From positions 310,001 to 374,000 of the forward strand of contig JBODTK010000143.1 in assembly GCA_050613775.1 (NCBI GenBank): a stretch of DNA of 64,000 nucleotides, written 5' to 3'. This document shows, piece by piece, positions 32,102 to 46,527 of this stretch (its first letter is position 1; the number at the start of each line of letters is the position of its first letter). Both the position numbers and the translations under genes were made by a program. The DNA comes from Neocallimastix sp. 'constans'. Taxonomy: Eukaryota. A model generated the notes under the pieces. It had not been told where the DNA came from and searched no databases. It saw only the letters and a list, made by a program, of their open reading frames with translations.

Positions 32102-32618
32102 AAATGTTTTTTTTATTGATTAGAATTTAAGTATTATAATATCGCTTTGTAGATAAGCGTTTCCTGTTGTATAAATTTGGAGTGTTACTTTTTTTTTTTT
32201 TTTTTTTTCTGAGGGAGTGGTTATGATTGAATTAATACCAATAATTAAATTATGCTTATTTTATATTTAAAATTAAAATTAATAAATGGAACTATTAATT
32301 AAATTATTTTATATTTCTATTTCATTAAAATTTTTTTTTTTTTACTGACTTTCATCTTTATATTTTCATTTTGATACTTCTGGTGTCTTTCATTTTTTTT
32401 TTCCAATATTGTTACTATTGGAAGCTTATTATTTAATTTTTTTTTTTTTTTTTTTTTTTTTTTTGAAATATTAAATCCCAATGTAATAATCTTACTAAGT
32501 ACTATCACTTAGTATAATTATTATCTACAACTTAACGACTAATTCATTAAGTTGTGAAAATAAAATAAAAAATAAAGTTTTACCTTTCGAGTTTAATAAA
32601 GTTAATTATAATAATAAT

Positions 32619-32861
32619 AAGGTTACACAGAATTAGACCATTGTTTAAATTAGAAATTATTTGTAAAATATGTTTTATTAGAAATTATTTTATTATTTAT
32701 TTAAAGATAAAAATATAAATTATTATTATTATAACTAGGTTTTTTATAATAACTCTTGATTTCTTAAAGAGAACTAAAGAGCCTTATTAATTAATTTTTT
32801 GTGAAATTAAGGTTAAATAAAAAAATAAAAAAATTTCTTCGTAACAAATCCGTGTAACCTT
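32619..32861. mobile_element. MITE-like element (~240 bp)
   Basis: AAGGTTACACAGAATT at left, AAATCCGTGTAACCTT at right; no clear target-site duplication. Confidence 0.35.
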
Positions 32862-33334
32862 TGATATTTGTTTATTATAATTAGTTATAATAAACTCTCC
32901 AATATTAAGATAAGTATAACTATCTTATTTTAGTTTTCTCAATTTAATAATTTTTTATTAAGTTATTATTAAGTTGTAGTTAATAATTTAATTATAATAA
33001 ATTTTAATAATTAAATTATTACAGTGAGTTTCGTTACAGGATAATTGTGAACGAATCATCAGGCAGGCATTCAAAAGTTGACCAACTGTAATACTACATT
33101 TATGATTATTTAAATCATCCATTAAGTTTATTTATTTATTTTTAGAAATAGTAATAATAGTAATAATAAGTAATAGAACTTTTAACATTTGGTTGGAAGT
33201 TTTTGTTTGTTTACACTATAACTTTTAGAGTTAGAAAATTTTTTAATTAAGTTTTACCTCACCACTTTTAGATAGTAGACAAGCCGCAAAAAAAATTTAA
33301 AAAAAAAAAAAAAAATAATTTTTTGGCTATATTT

Positions 33335-36300
33335 TGAAATTTTTACACTCACGATTATTTTAACCATATCTTTGGTCATCCTATATATTATTTATTTCTC
33401 ACATCAATTATAATTATCCTTCTGTATTTATAATTTATATAACCATTTTTTACATTCCTGTAGTTGGTTACCTTTCAATTTTATATTATTTTAGTCAATA
33501 AACTATATCTACTATAAACTTAAAATATTTTTTAAATAGAAATTAATCCTTTAAAAACAGTTGTATATTAAACTTCTTTATTTAGAATCTAAATAATAAA
33601 TAAAAATAAGCTTTTTAAAATTAATTAAATGTTAATTTTTTTTTAAAAAAAAAAAAAATAAAATAAAATAAAAAAAAAATTGGTTACATTATTTTTTAAA
33701 TTTTAATTATCCGCTTTAACTTAAGTTTAAAAACAAATTAATATTTATTTAATCTTTAAACACATTTTATATAATTATTTATAATTAATAATTATTGTTT
33801 ATTTTATTTTTTATAATATTTTATTTTTTTTATTTTAATTTTTATTCATTATTTTGCTTATTTACTAGTTTAAAAACAAATTAATATTTATTATCTTTAA
33901 ACACATTTTTATATAATTAATTATTATTATTAATTATTGTTTATTTTATTTTTTATAATATTTAATTTTTTTATTTTAATTTTTATTCATTATTTTGCTT
34001 ATTTACTTAATTTTTTTTATTATTTCTATACTTACAATATTTATTTATTTTTTTTTTTATTACAATACAATATTTTTTTTAAAAATTTTTTTATGAAAAA
34101 ACAATAATTTTTTTATACATTTTTAAAAATTAATTATTCTTTTTTTTTTTTTATGAGTAAAAATTTTAATATTAAAAAAAAAATTAAATAAAATAATACA
34201 TTTTTTCAATATTCTATAAAATTTATATACTGCTATTATAAGAATAAAATTAATTCTTTAAATAGCAAATTATTTTTGAAAATTTAAATATTTCAATGTA
34301 TTTTTTCTATTAATAATACATATTAATAAATATTTTGGAATTTTCATTATTTCTTAATTTAATATAATAATCTATTTTTTTTTTCTCTATTTTTCTTTTT
34401 TATATTTCATTTTTTTTATCGTTTTTATTTTTAATTCATATTTTTTGTTTAATAAATTAACTTATTTAATACCCTTCATCATCTTCTTAAGTAATGGACA
34501 GAATCCGAATAATATAATACCAGATACGGCTCCCATAATTGCAAATACACTGAAGAACTTAGTAAGAGTATCAATTTCAAATCCTGCAATATTCTTAAAT
34601 CCTTCTTGCTTACTTGGCTTAAGTTGGGCTAACTTAGCTGAGAAAACGTTAGAAGCTGCATTACTCATGAACCAGACACCCATTAATAAGGATGATAAGT
34701 GAGCTGGAGATAACTTATTAACCATTGAAAGACCAATTGGAGATAAGCAAAGTTCACCAATAGTGTGAATAACATAAAGACTAACTAACCACCAGTAGGA
34801 AACCTTATCATTATCACCAACACCTTGAGTACCAATAGCAATTACAACGTAACCAACTGCTAATAAAATAAGACCAATAGCTTGCTTAGCTGGTGAGAAT
34901 GGTTCAAGCTTACGTTTACCTAATGCTTCCCAAAGCATGGCCGCAAGTGGTGCAAGAACAACAATAGCAATTGGATTAACTGATTGTAACCATGCAGTTG
35001 GGAATTCCCAATCTATTCCGAAACCAATACGTCTGTCACATTGTTGGTCAGCAAATACTGTTAAGGAAGAACCAGCTTGTTCATAAGCTGCCCAGAAGAA
35101 AATAACGAAAACTGCAATGATATAAATAACTCCAATACGACTCTTTTGTGTTCCATTAAGGTTTCTATCAGTAATGATAAATATTGGAAGTGCAATAGTA
35201 CAAGCATAAATAATAGCTGAAATATATTCATTGAAATCACTCCATCTAGCATTCTTCTTTCCATCCTTATCTTCTGCTAATAACCACATGTATAAAAATA
35301 ATACAGCAATACCAATAACAATACTACAAATAAGTCTAACTGGTGAATTCTTCTTTAATTCAGTAACTTCAGAATCTTCTACCTTAACTTCTTCTTCCTT
35401 TAAAGTCTTTTCAAGTAATTCAACTTGTTCCTTTTGTCTCTTTTTAACTTCATCCTTGTCTGGAGTAAGACCAACTTGTAAACCATCTGGAGTAACAAGT
35501 AATTTATTCTTTAAGAGACTAAAGATAATAATAGATAAAATCATACCAATACCAGCACAGAAGAAACCCCATTTATAACCACCTGGATTCAAATAACCAT
35601 TTCTCTTTGGAACAACGGTACTACAAACGAATGGTGCAATAAAAGCACCTAAGTTAATACCCATATAAAAGATTGTGAAAGCAGAATCCTTACGAGAATC
35701 GGTAGCTTCATATAAATCACCTAACATAGTTGAAATATTTGGCTTGAAGAATCCATTACCCATAATAAGAAAGAAAAGACCACCATATAATAAAATATTT
35801 GATAAAGTATTGTTTACATTTGGATCAATAGTTTTTCCATCAGTAATAGATTGTTTAACAAATAAAGCAGATCCAAACATAAGGAATTGACCAATAGCCA
35901 TAAGAACACCACCAATAATAATAGATTTACGGTTACCCCAGTAACGATCAGATATCCAACCACCTAAAACTGGAGTTAAATATACTAAACCAGTATAAGT
36001 ACCGTAAATAGAATAGGCAGTACTTTCACTACATAAAGCGGATACAAGATAAAGAACGAAAATACCTCTCATACCGTAGTAACTGAAACGTTCAGCCATT
36101 TCAGTAACGAAAAGAAGGTATAAACCTTTTGGATGTCCTTTTTTCTTTTCAACAACTTCACCCGATGTCATTTTTATTTTTTTAATTCAATAACAAACAA
36201 ACTTAATTTAATCTATTCCTTAATTTTTTTTAAAATTTTTATATTAATATGTATTATTTTATTTAATACTTTTTTTATTTTATTTTCTTAAATTAAAAAA

Positions 36301-36690
36301 ATATTATATATTATGAAAAAATAATAATAATAAATTTTAATATATTTTTTAATTTATATAGTTTTTTTTTTTATTATTAATATATATTATTTTATTTATT
36401 TATTTTTTTTTTTTTAAATTAAAAAATATTATTTTTTTTTGTTTATGAAATAAATTTTTTCAAGAAATTTTTTTTGCTTTTATAGTATTTTTTTTTTTAT
36501 TATTTTTTTTATTACTATTATTTTTACTATTATCTTAGTATTTATTATGTATTGAAAATAATAATAAATAAAACAAATAATAATAATAAATAAGATTAAA
36601 TTTAAAAACATTTTTAATTTATATTTAATTTAAGGGATATATTTTTTAATTTATATCTATTTTTTAAAAAAAGATAATTATCAAGGTTTC
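33335..36690 (-). repeat. Left arm of ~3 kb inverted segmental duplication (partner 46528-49450)
   Basis: Non-coding flanks also match in reverse complement, e.g. 36591-36688 vs 46531-46628 and 33341-33440 vs 49355-49450. Confidence 0.9.
34462..36171 (-). CDS. POT/PTR (peptide:H+ symporter, MFS) di/tripeptide transporter, bacterial type, copy A (569 aa, intronless)
   Basis: ExxERFxYY motif (EMAERFSYYGMR), GGWISDRYWG, GNGFFKPNIS, FTIFYMGINLGAF, YEQAGSSL, QSVNP, GELCLSPIGLS. Confidence 0.97.
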   Translation of the reverse strand: MTSGEVVEKKKGHPKGLYLLFVTEMAERFSYYGMRGIFVLYLVSALCSESTAYSIYGTYTGLVYLTPVLGGWISDRYWGNRKSIIIGGVLMAIGQFLMFGSALFVKQSITDGKTIDPNVNNTLSNILLYGGLFFLIMGNGFFKPNISTMLGDLYEATDSRKDSAFTIFYMGINLGAFIAPFVCSTVVPKRNGYLNPGGYKWGFFCAGIGMILSIIIFSLLKNKLLVTPDGLQVGLTPDKDEVKKRQKEQVELLEKTLKEEEVKVEDSEVTELKKNSPVRLICSIVIGIAVLFLYMWLLAEDKDGKKNARWSDFNEYISAIIYACTIALPIFIITDRNLNGTQKSRIGVIYIIAVFVIFFWAAYEQAGSSLTVFADQQCDRRIGFGIDWEFPTAWLQSVNPIAIVVLAPLAAMLWEALGKRKLEPFSPAKQAIGLILLAVGYVVIAIGTQGVGDNDKVSYWWLVSLYVIHTIGELCLSPIGLSMVNKLSPAHLSSLLMGVWFMSNAASNVFSAKLAQLKPSKQEGFKNIAGFEIDTLTKFFSVFAIMGAVSGIILFGFCPLLKKMMKGIK

Positions 36691-37210
36691 CAATAAAATT
36701 ATTATTAATTTTGAGAAATAATTCATTTCAATATTTTTCTCAAACTTTCTTGCTTCACTTTTAAATTACTCATTAATAATTAGACAATATAGACTTATCT
36801 ATTTTGATCTTATCTCTATTTCTTAAAGCTTCTTTTGAATTATATATGATAAAAAAAAATTTTAATACTTTTCATAATTTTCATATTTATCATATTTATA
36901 ATCATGTCATCACCTTTTTTATATATAACCAAAAAAAAAAAAAGTGAATAAGAATTAAAATTGTAATTTTTAAAAATATCTAATAGTTTCATTAAAAAAT
37001 TTTTTAATAGGAAGTAATTTAAATATTTCCAAATTATTTAAAAGATTGATAGAAAAAAAATGTATATATTTTTAATAATTAAAAGTTTTTTAATAATGAA
37101 GAGCTACATTTTCCGTAAAAATAAAGATATAAAATTGACATTTTTCTGCTCATACATATTACTTTTCTTTTCCTGCTACAGTAAAAATTCAAAAAGATCA
37201 AAAACATATC

Positions 37211-37250
<40 letters not shown>

Positions 37251-37889
37251 TTTTAATTCTAATACTTAACAGCTAATTATTCTTTCAACTTATCTTTACT
37301 AATTTAAATTATTTTTTGAGAAATATCACTTTTTTGAATAATAATTAATTTTTTATTTATTTATTCAATTACATTTTTATTAACTATCTTATATTTAAAA
37401 GCAATATTTATCCTAACCCATAAATTAAATTATATCTATTAAAATTTTAAATAGTTATAATAATAATAATAATCTAAACCTAATCCATTAAAATATTAAA
37501 TTTTTTCTATGTTTATACATAAATAGACTTAATGATATTTAAAAATTTTTTTTTTGTTTATGAAATTTTTAAATAAATATTAAAAAAAAAGTTTATTTTG
37601 GGTTTCGAAAGTAAGGGACCTTTAACTTTTCCCATTCATGGATGACAACTCCTTGTGGGCTAATTAATAATAGTACAAAAATCGCTAATTCAAAATTTGT
37701 TAAAGTATTCCGAAAATTCCACATAATATAAAATTGAGAAATAAAATTTTCTCCAAGGTGATTGGAAAATATTATTAAAAAATTACACATTTATATTTTA
37801 AATAATTAAATTGATAATTTTTTATTTATTTATTTAGTATTTATCAAATAATATCTATTATTTTATATTGTTTTTTATTTACTAATAAT

Positions 37890-38631
<742 letters not shown>

Positions 38632-41600
38632 CAAATAATTCCACTATTGTTGCTATCATTTTTATTAATTTTTATTTTAAATACAATATAAATATATAAA
38701 TATATTATTTTTTATTGTAATTTTTACTTTATATATTCATTATTATATTTATATTTTACTTTTTGTTTATTTTACTTTGAAAAAAAAATATTAATAATTA
38801 TAAATAAAATATATATAAATATATATATATATAATTGTGAATAAAAATGTATTATTTTTTTTTAAGAATTATAAATAAATGACTTTAACATTTATTAATA
38901 TTCATCAAATTAATAATGAATATTAATTTTCATAAAATATACATTTATTAATATTTATCAAATTAATGATAAATATTTTTAATTTTCATATATTTTTAAT
39001 CAAAATTATTGTATATATATATATTTATATATATTTTATTTATAATGATTAATATTTTTTTTTATAATATGATGATTATAGAGTTCAGTACTAATAAATG
39101 TTTAAATAATTTGTTTCCTTCATCCTTTACTTTTTTAGCTAATTCTTTACGTTCCTATAGTTTAATATATATTTAAAATATTGTAATTAAATATACATAT
39201 ATAATTTGTTAATATTATTATAATTAAATTATTTGAATTATATTTAAAAATTTTATATAAATAAATATATATATAATATACTGTATAAATATATGAATAT
39301 TTATTTATTATTAAATATTTTAAGAATAAACTTTAAATTCTTCTCATCACTTAAATGAAATTTATAAATATTTCTTTAAAGAGATAAATTAAAAAAAATA
39401 AAAAAAAAAAAATTAATAAAAAAATTTTTTTGTTAGTGTTAATATAATTAAATATAATGTATAATTATTTAATTATAACTTATATATTTAACATAAACAT
39501 TAAAATCAATATTTATAAATTTTTGTATATACTTTATCATTTATTTCTCTTTTAAATTTTAAATTTTATTTTATTTCAGTTTTATGATAATTTTGTGATA
39601 GTTATTTTACATTATCTTTTACATATATTATTAAAATTAAGAATATAGTATGAATATATGATATATAAATAAATAGGCTAATATTATAAATAATATATTG
39701 TTTTTATATTACGTTATAAATTAACTTGATTCTTAATTTTAATTAGGAGAAAATTTATTATTTTTTTATGTACTAACATATTTTATATAATTAATGTTAT
39801 TTAATTGTATAACATATTTTTATATGTTTAATTATAATATTTTTTTTTTTTTTTTTAAAAATTGATTGCATAACCAAAGTAAAAAAAAAAAAAAAAAAAA
39901 TTGTATTGAATTATAGTTATTTTTGTATATTTAATCATAATATTTTTTTTAAAAACTAATCCATATCATATATATAAATTATTTAAAATATTTAGTATTA
40001 GTAGTATTAATAAAATAATATTAAATATTATAAATAAAATATATCAGTCTCCAAAAAAATAATGAATTTATTCTAAATATAAAAGTATTAAATAAAATTA
40101 TGAAAAATAAATTAAAGCTATCTATATAAAAATTATAAAAAATATTAATATAAAATATATGATAACATAGATTAATGATCTAAAATAAATTTATGTTTTT
40201 ATTGTTAAATTCTTTTTATAATATTTTTTTTATTATGTTTCATTATGTTATTATTAATATAATAAAAATTACATTCACATAAATACAAATTAATTAAAAA
40301 TTATTAAAAATAAAGGTTTTTATTTCATTTCTTTATATTATAATTTATGTTTTTTACACTTATTATTAATACATGAATTTCATTAATAATTATGATTTTT
40401 ATTTTCATTTTATATGTAATATTTTGATCTATTTAATTATTATATATATAATATATATCAATATATTATATATATAATTATTTAATTTATAAATACAAAA
40501 TAATAAAAAAAAAAAAATTTAAATAGGTTTTATAATAAACTGTAATATTGAAAATATATAATAAACAAATATTTATAGTAATTTAATTTATAATTGAACA
40601 ATAAAAAAATAATATAAATATATTATAATTTAATTTATGGTAAAATTATATATTTAGTTTTAATACTAATAAAAATAAATATTATTAATATATATGTCAA
40701 AACAACCGTATATTTAAGTTTTCCTTTTTTTTTTTTTTTTTTTTGTAATTATATTAAAATGATAAATATAATAATCAGAGTTTTTTTACGGAAAATATTT
40801 AGAACTATAATAATAATAAATTATATGTAGAAATATAATAGTAAAGGAAATAATTAAATTAAAAAAGAGTGGGTAACAAATTAATTTCATAGAATGAAGG
40901 TCAAACAATTATAATTATTATTTAATATAATATATAAATAAGATTTTATTTTAATTGATAAAAGCGAAACTAAATTTATTAATAAATAATTTATTATGTA
41001 ATAATAATTAATTCATATATTTATTATTATTAGTATTATTATTTTATTTTATTTTTTAATATTTTGCCTTGTTTTCCATTATTAATATTATTCTTTTAAG
41101 TATTCATAAAAAAAATAAAATAAAATAAAATGATTATATTTAAAAATATAATTTATATTATTGTACAGTATATATATTAAAAATATTAATTTATTAATTA
41201 CTAATAAAGTTAACAATCATACCACAAATTATAACTAATAAATTAAATATGAAATTATTCAATTTTCATATCTATTTTATAACTAGTTATAATAATTATA
41301 TTTCCAATAAAGAAAAAAGAAAAAACTTTAAATATTTTTTTTTTTTGTTAAAGTATAGTTATTTGATATTTTATTTTATTTCAGGTAATTTATTTTTTTT
41401 ATGCTAATTGAAAACTGAAGGTACTAATAATATTTTAATTGATAAAAATATGTATATATATTAGTATTTTTTCTATTTTTTTTTTTTAAATTCTTATATT
41501 AAATAGAAAGTTATATTGTTTAAAAATAATATAAAATAAATATTATAAACAAATTTGATGATAATATTATACTTTATCAACTAATATTACAAATAGGTTT

Positions 41601-44600
41601 ATTAATATTTTTTTTCAGAAAAATTTTTTTCAAATATAAATAACTATATATTATGCTATTATTAATTTTTATCTTATCATTTTTTAACAGAAAAAAATTT
41701 TTTTTGTATATATAAATTTATTTGCCAAAAAAATACAAAACCATATTACTATTGTTTAATTATACATTAAAGGCAAATATAATATTGTATATTTTAATTT
41801 AATATATTAAACTTTAATATGAAAAAAAATTTTTATATCTTCCTTATATATTTAAAAATACTTATTTTAAATTTACTTTATTAAAATCTTATTATTATTT
41901 AAAAAAAAAGGGGTAAAATATTTTGTGGCTTTTTATTATTATTGTTTGTTATTTTTTTTTTTTTACCTTTTTTATAAAAATTATATGGCTTTTTTTTTTT
42001 TCTGAACAATTCAAAAAAAATTTTTTTATTTATATTTTTATTAAGTTACTATCTAAATTAATAATAAATAAAGTTTATAATTATTGATTATTCTTTTTTT
42101 ATTTTATTTTATTTTTTTTTTATTTTATTTTTTTTTTGAGTTGTATAAAGATAAATTATCAATATTGATTAAAATATACTATTGTTCAATTTTTTTTTAA
42201 TGTATTTCCTTTAACCATAAGCAACAACAAATAATTAAATTAGTAATATTGCTTTAAATATAAAAGTTTTGAAGAAGATATATTTAATATAAAGGTTATA
42301 TTCAAATGTTATTTGCCTTTTATGAAATGAATTATTTATTTTAGTTTTATAATTAAGTTTTATGAGTAATGAAAGATCAAAATATTTAATAAATCAAACA
42401 TATTAATTTTTAATGATACTAATATATTAATAATATACATTATTTTATATACTTTAATTAATAATTATAATTGTTACATATAATAATTTTTAAGTATATT
42501 ATTATTATATGAAAAAAATAATATAAAATATAATATTTATAAAAATATTTTAATAAAATAATTTGCACATGTTGTTATATAATTTTAAAAACGGTAAAAT
42601 AATGTTATTAAAATTATAGTATAAAATTAATATAATTTAATATAATTTGGAATAATTTAGTATTTATATTTATTTATATTTTATTAATAGAAAGTAAATA
42701 TTTATAAAAACAATATTAAAAAAAAAAAAAAGAAATTTATCCAAAATTAATTTATATAAAATATTATTCTCCCGTAAATGATAAATAAACTATATATAAA
42801 TTAATTTTTTAATATGGCTTAACCTTTTTATTCTATTAAATATATTATTTTTTTAAAAAATTTCATGTGTAATAACTATATAAAATAAAAAAAATTTATA
42901 AATATATAATATATAAATTAAATTTAAATAATTAATTTAAAATATAATATATTATATAAATTTATTATATAATATATATTTTTTAATTTTAAATTTTTTA
43001 ATATTAAATTTTTTATGGTATTTTTTTTTTTTTTTAATTTACATTAATTAAAATGAAGGGCAAATTATAAAAAAAAATTAATCATTCATATGAAATTTAT
43101 TTTTTAAAAATGAAAAAAAAAAAAAAAGAAAAAAAAAAAAAAAAAAAAAAATGGAAATTAATAAATAAAAAATAGAAAATATTTAATAACAAATAGCAAT
43201 TACTTTATAAAAAAAAGCAAATATTAACTAAAAAAAAGCAAATATTAAAATAAAAATAGCAAAAAATAAAATAATAATAGAAAAAATTTGACTTATAGTA
43301 TAAAAAAATATAAAAGACATAAAAATAAAGAAGCATAAAAAAAAAAAAAAAGTATATATAGATAGAAAAAAGATGTTGTTTTTAATTACTTAAATCAGCT
43401 TTGTTATTCATTTTAAATATAAATAATAAAAAATGATTATAAAATTTACAAAAAGAAAATATAAATTATAAATTTACAAAAAAAAAAAAAAAAAAAAAAA
43501 GAACAATTAAAGGAAATGTGGGCTGAAAAAAAGATAATAAAAAAAATTTTTTTTTTTAAAAGAGAAATTTTTTTAAAAAAAAAGAACTTCAATGAATATG
43601 GAATTTGATAAAAAAAAATAATAATAAACTTCGACAAAGAAAGTGGATTAATGATTTATATTAGAATAGTTAAAAATTATTGAAAGTTGGTTACAAATCT
43701 TTGATAAACTTTGTTAAATTTTTTGATTTTTTTTTCTTTTTATGAATTATTAATCAATGATAAAATCTACGGTAAAGGAAATTATTATTTATTTAAATTT
43801 AAAACTAATATTAATTTCGATAGTATTATTGGATGATTATTTATTATAAGTTTCATTAATAAGGTTGATATAAAATATCCCATTTGCTTATATTATTAGT
43901 TATGGTTATTTAATAAATTTTAGAAACATTGATTTTTTTTTTTTTAATAATTATAAAATATATCAAACTGATATTAAATACAAATTTTACTATTATTTTT
44001 GATGCGTTGAACATTATGGGTGTATATATAGAATATTTATTATTTTTTGTTTAATAAAAATTTTGTACATTATAAAAAATAACGTATAGAATTATACTTA
44101 AGGTAATTCTATACGTTAAAAAGTGTTGATTATTGTTAATCTAAAATACGTATAAATTAAATAAATTTTTAAATATAGTATACACAGATATGATAAAATA
44201 AATTATTAAGAAAATATTTGAATTTGATAAAATAAATTTTTAAAATAAAGATTTGATAAAACAAATTCAATTATATATTATCAATGTATTTACATAAGTA
44301 TTTATTTGTTCATTATATTTTATATATTAAAATATTAAATTTAAATAATTACTGTTTAATTTATTAAAATAATAAATTTAAATATTTACTGTTTATAAAG
44401 TGACATTTTCAATTAATACATTAATAGAAAATATCATTTTTACTACTATTAATATTATTATCTTTTTTTTTATTCTTAAATTGAATAATATGAACAAGAA
44501 AGATTTAAAATTTATATTTATTTTTTTATCCATTATTCTTTATATGATGTCTAGTTTCAATCTTAATAAATTTATCTTTTATTGATTTAAAAAATATAAA

Positions 44601-46270
44601 TATATATAACAAATAATTAGTGGTATACTTTTTTTTTCACTATTAATCTATAGGATATTATTTTTTTCTAAATAAAAATAATAATAAAAAAATGAAAGAT
44701 AAAAATTATTTAATATTAAATTAATTTTTTTGAAAGCATACTATAAATAATTATTTTTATTTAAATGTTTCTAAATTTAAACATTAATTAATATTTTATT
44801 TATAATTACACTTTTCAATATTTATATTTATGTATTTAATAATTTTTATAATTAGATGATTTATTAATACATGTATTATTAAATCTTATTAATGAATACT
44901 TATAATTTAATATGAAGTGACATATAATAAATGTATCTTAATATTTTTATTTAATAAAATAAAATAATAAAATAATATAATAATAAAATAATATAATAAT
45001 AAAATAATAAAATAATAAAATAAAATAAAAATAAAATAAAATAATAATAAAATAATAATAAAATAATAATAAAATAATAATAAAATAATAATAAAATAAA
45101 AAATTATAAAATAAAATAAAACATATTGAATGAAATAAATTATTGTTAACTAATGATAATGATAGATTTTAAAGTTTAAAATATATAAAATTTCTATAAA
45201 ACTTTATTATATATCATTATTTCAACATTAATTAAAATGAATTTTAAATCATTTTATTTTAATATATCGTACAAAATATATTAATATTTTAAATTAATGT
45301 AAAGATTAAAAAAAAAAAAAAATAAAAATATGTTAATATTAGTTCATTATTTATATAAATAAAATTAATATATCTAAAATAATAAAAAGATATATTATTA
45401 TTTTTAATATTGAATGTGCTTTTTCTTTTATCCTTTAATTAGTATAGAGTTTTATTTATTATATATATTATTCAAAGTTTAATTTTTAAGATACAAAAAA
45501 AAAAAAAAAAGTATTTTAGAATGATGCTATATTTAAAAATTATAAAAAAGTGTATATATTTAATTTTTATTTTCAAAGTTCACAGTTTTATTTTATAATG
45601 ATTATTATTTTAAATATATAATATAATAAATTATAAAAAAAAAATAGTTTTATCAAAAAATGAATATTTTTTATTGTGGAGTTTATTGTATTTTTTAAAA
45701 CTTCATTAAATTTTCTTTATAATCAATTTATTTATTCCATCATATTATATAGTACATAATTTGTTAAATATATATTTTATTATTACTAATAATTAGTAAT
45801 AATAAAAATATATATTTAGCAAAGTAAAAATATTTATATTTATATTTATAAAAAATTTAAACAATCCAATTTAAATAAATGTTTATATATATATTATAAT
45901 ATAAATATAAATATTTATTTAAATTGGATATTTTGTGTAACCATTACTATTATTTATTATTTTTATTTATAGAATGGTAAAGTTTTTGAAATTTGTTATT
46001 CTTCGAAATAGATAAAAAAAAAGTAAAAAAAAAAAAGTAAAAAAAAAAAGTAAAAAAAAATAAAACAAAAAATAAAATTACTCATTCATAGATTAAAAAA
46101 TAAAGTATATTTCTTATCATTTTATTTTCAACAATTTAAAATTTAAAAATTAAAAATATACTATATTATATTAAATAATATTTTAAGGAATAAAATATAT
46201 TTAATATAGTAATATATAATAATATATTATTTAATAAATATATAATATATTTTATTTCTTATTATTTTTA

Positions 46271-46487
46271 TTATTACTCTTTGTAATTTGATGAATTATA
46301 TTTTTTTATTTTATTAATATATATCAATATATATTACAATAAAATATATAATATATTATTATATGTCGTAAATATTATTTTTATTATTACTATTTGTAAT
46401 TTGATGAATTATATTTTTTTATTTTATTAATATATATCAATATATATTACAATATAATATATAATATATTATTATATGTCGTAAATA
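46271..46487. repeat. Tandem duplication, ~113 bp period, 2 copies
   Basis: TTTGTAATTTGATGAATTATA...ATATGTCGTAAATAT occurs twice, just outside the duplication boundary. Confidence 0.85.
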
Positions 46488-46527
46488 TAACTATATATAT
46501 TAATATATATTTATATGAATATATTCA

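Noticed and set aside
34445..35890. Short ORFs overlapping the transporter (and mirrored at 47155-48606)
   Set aside because: Antisense or alternate-frame shadows; their duplication simply follows the gene duplication.
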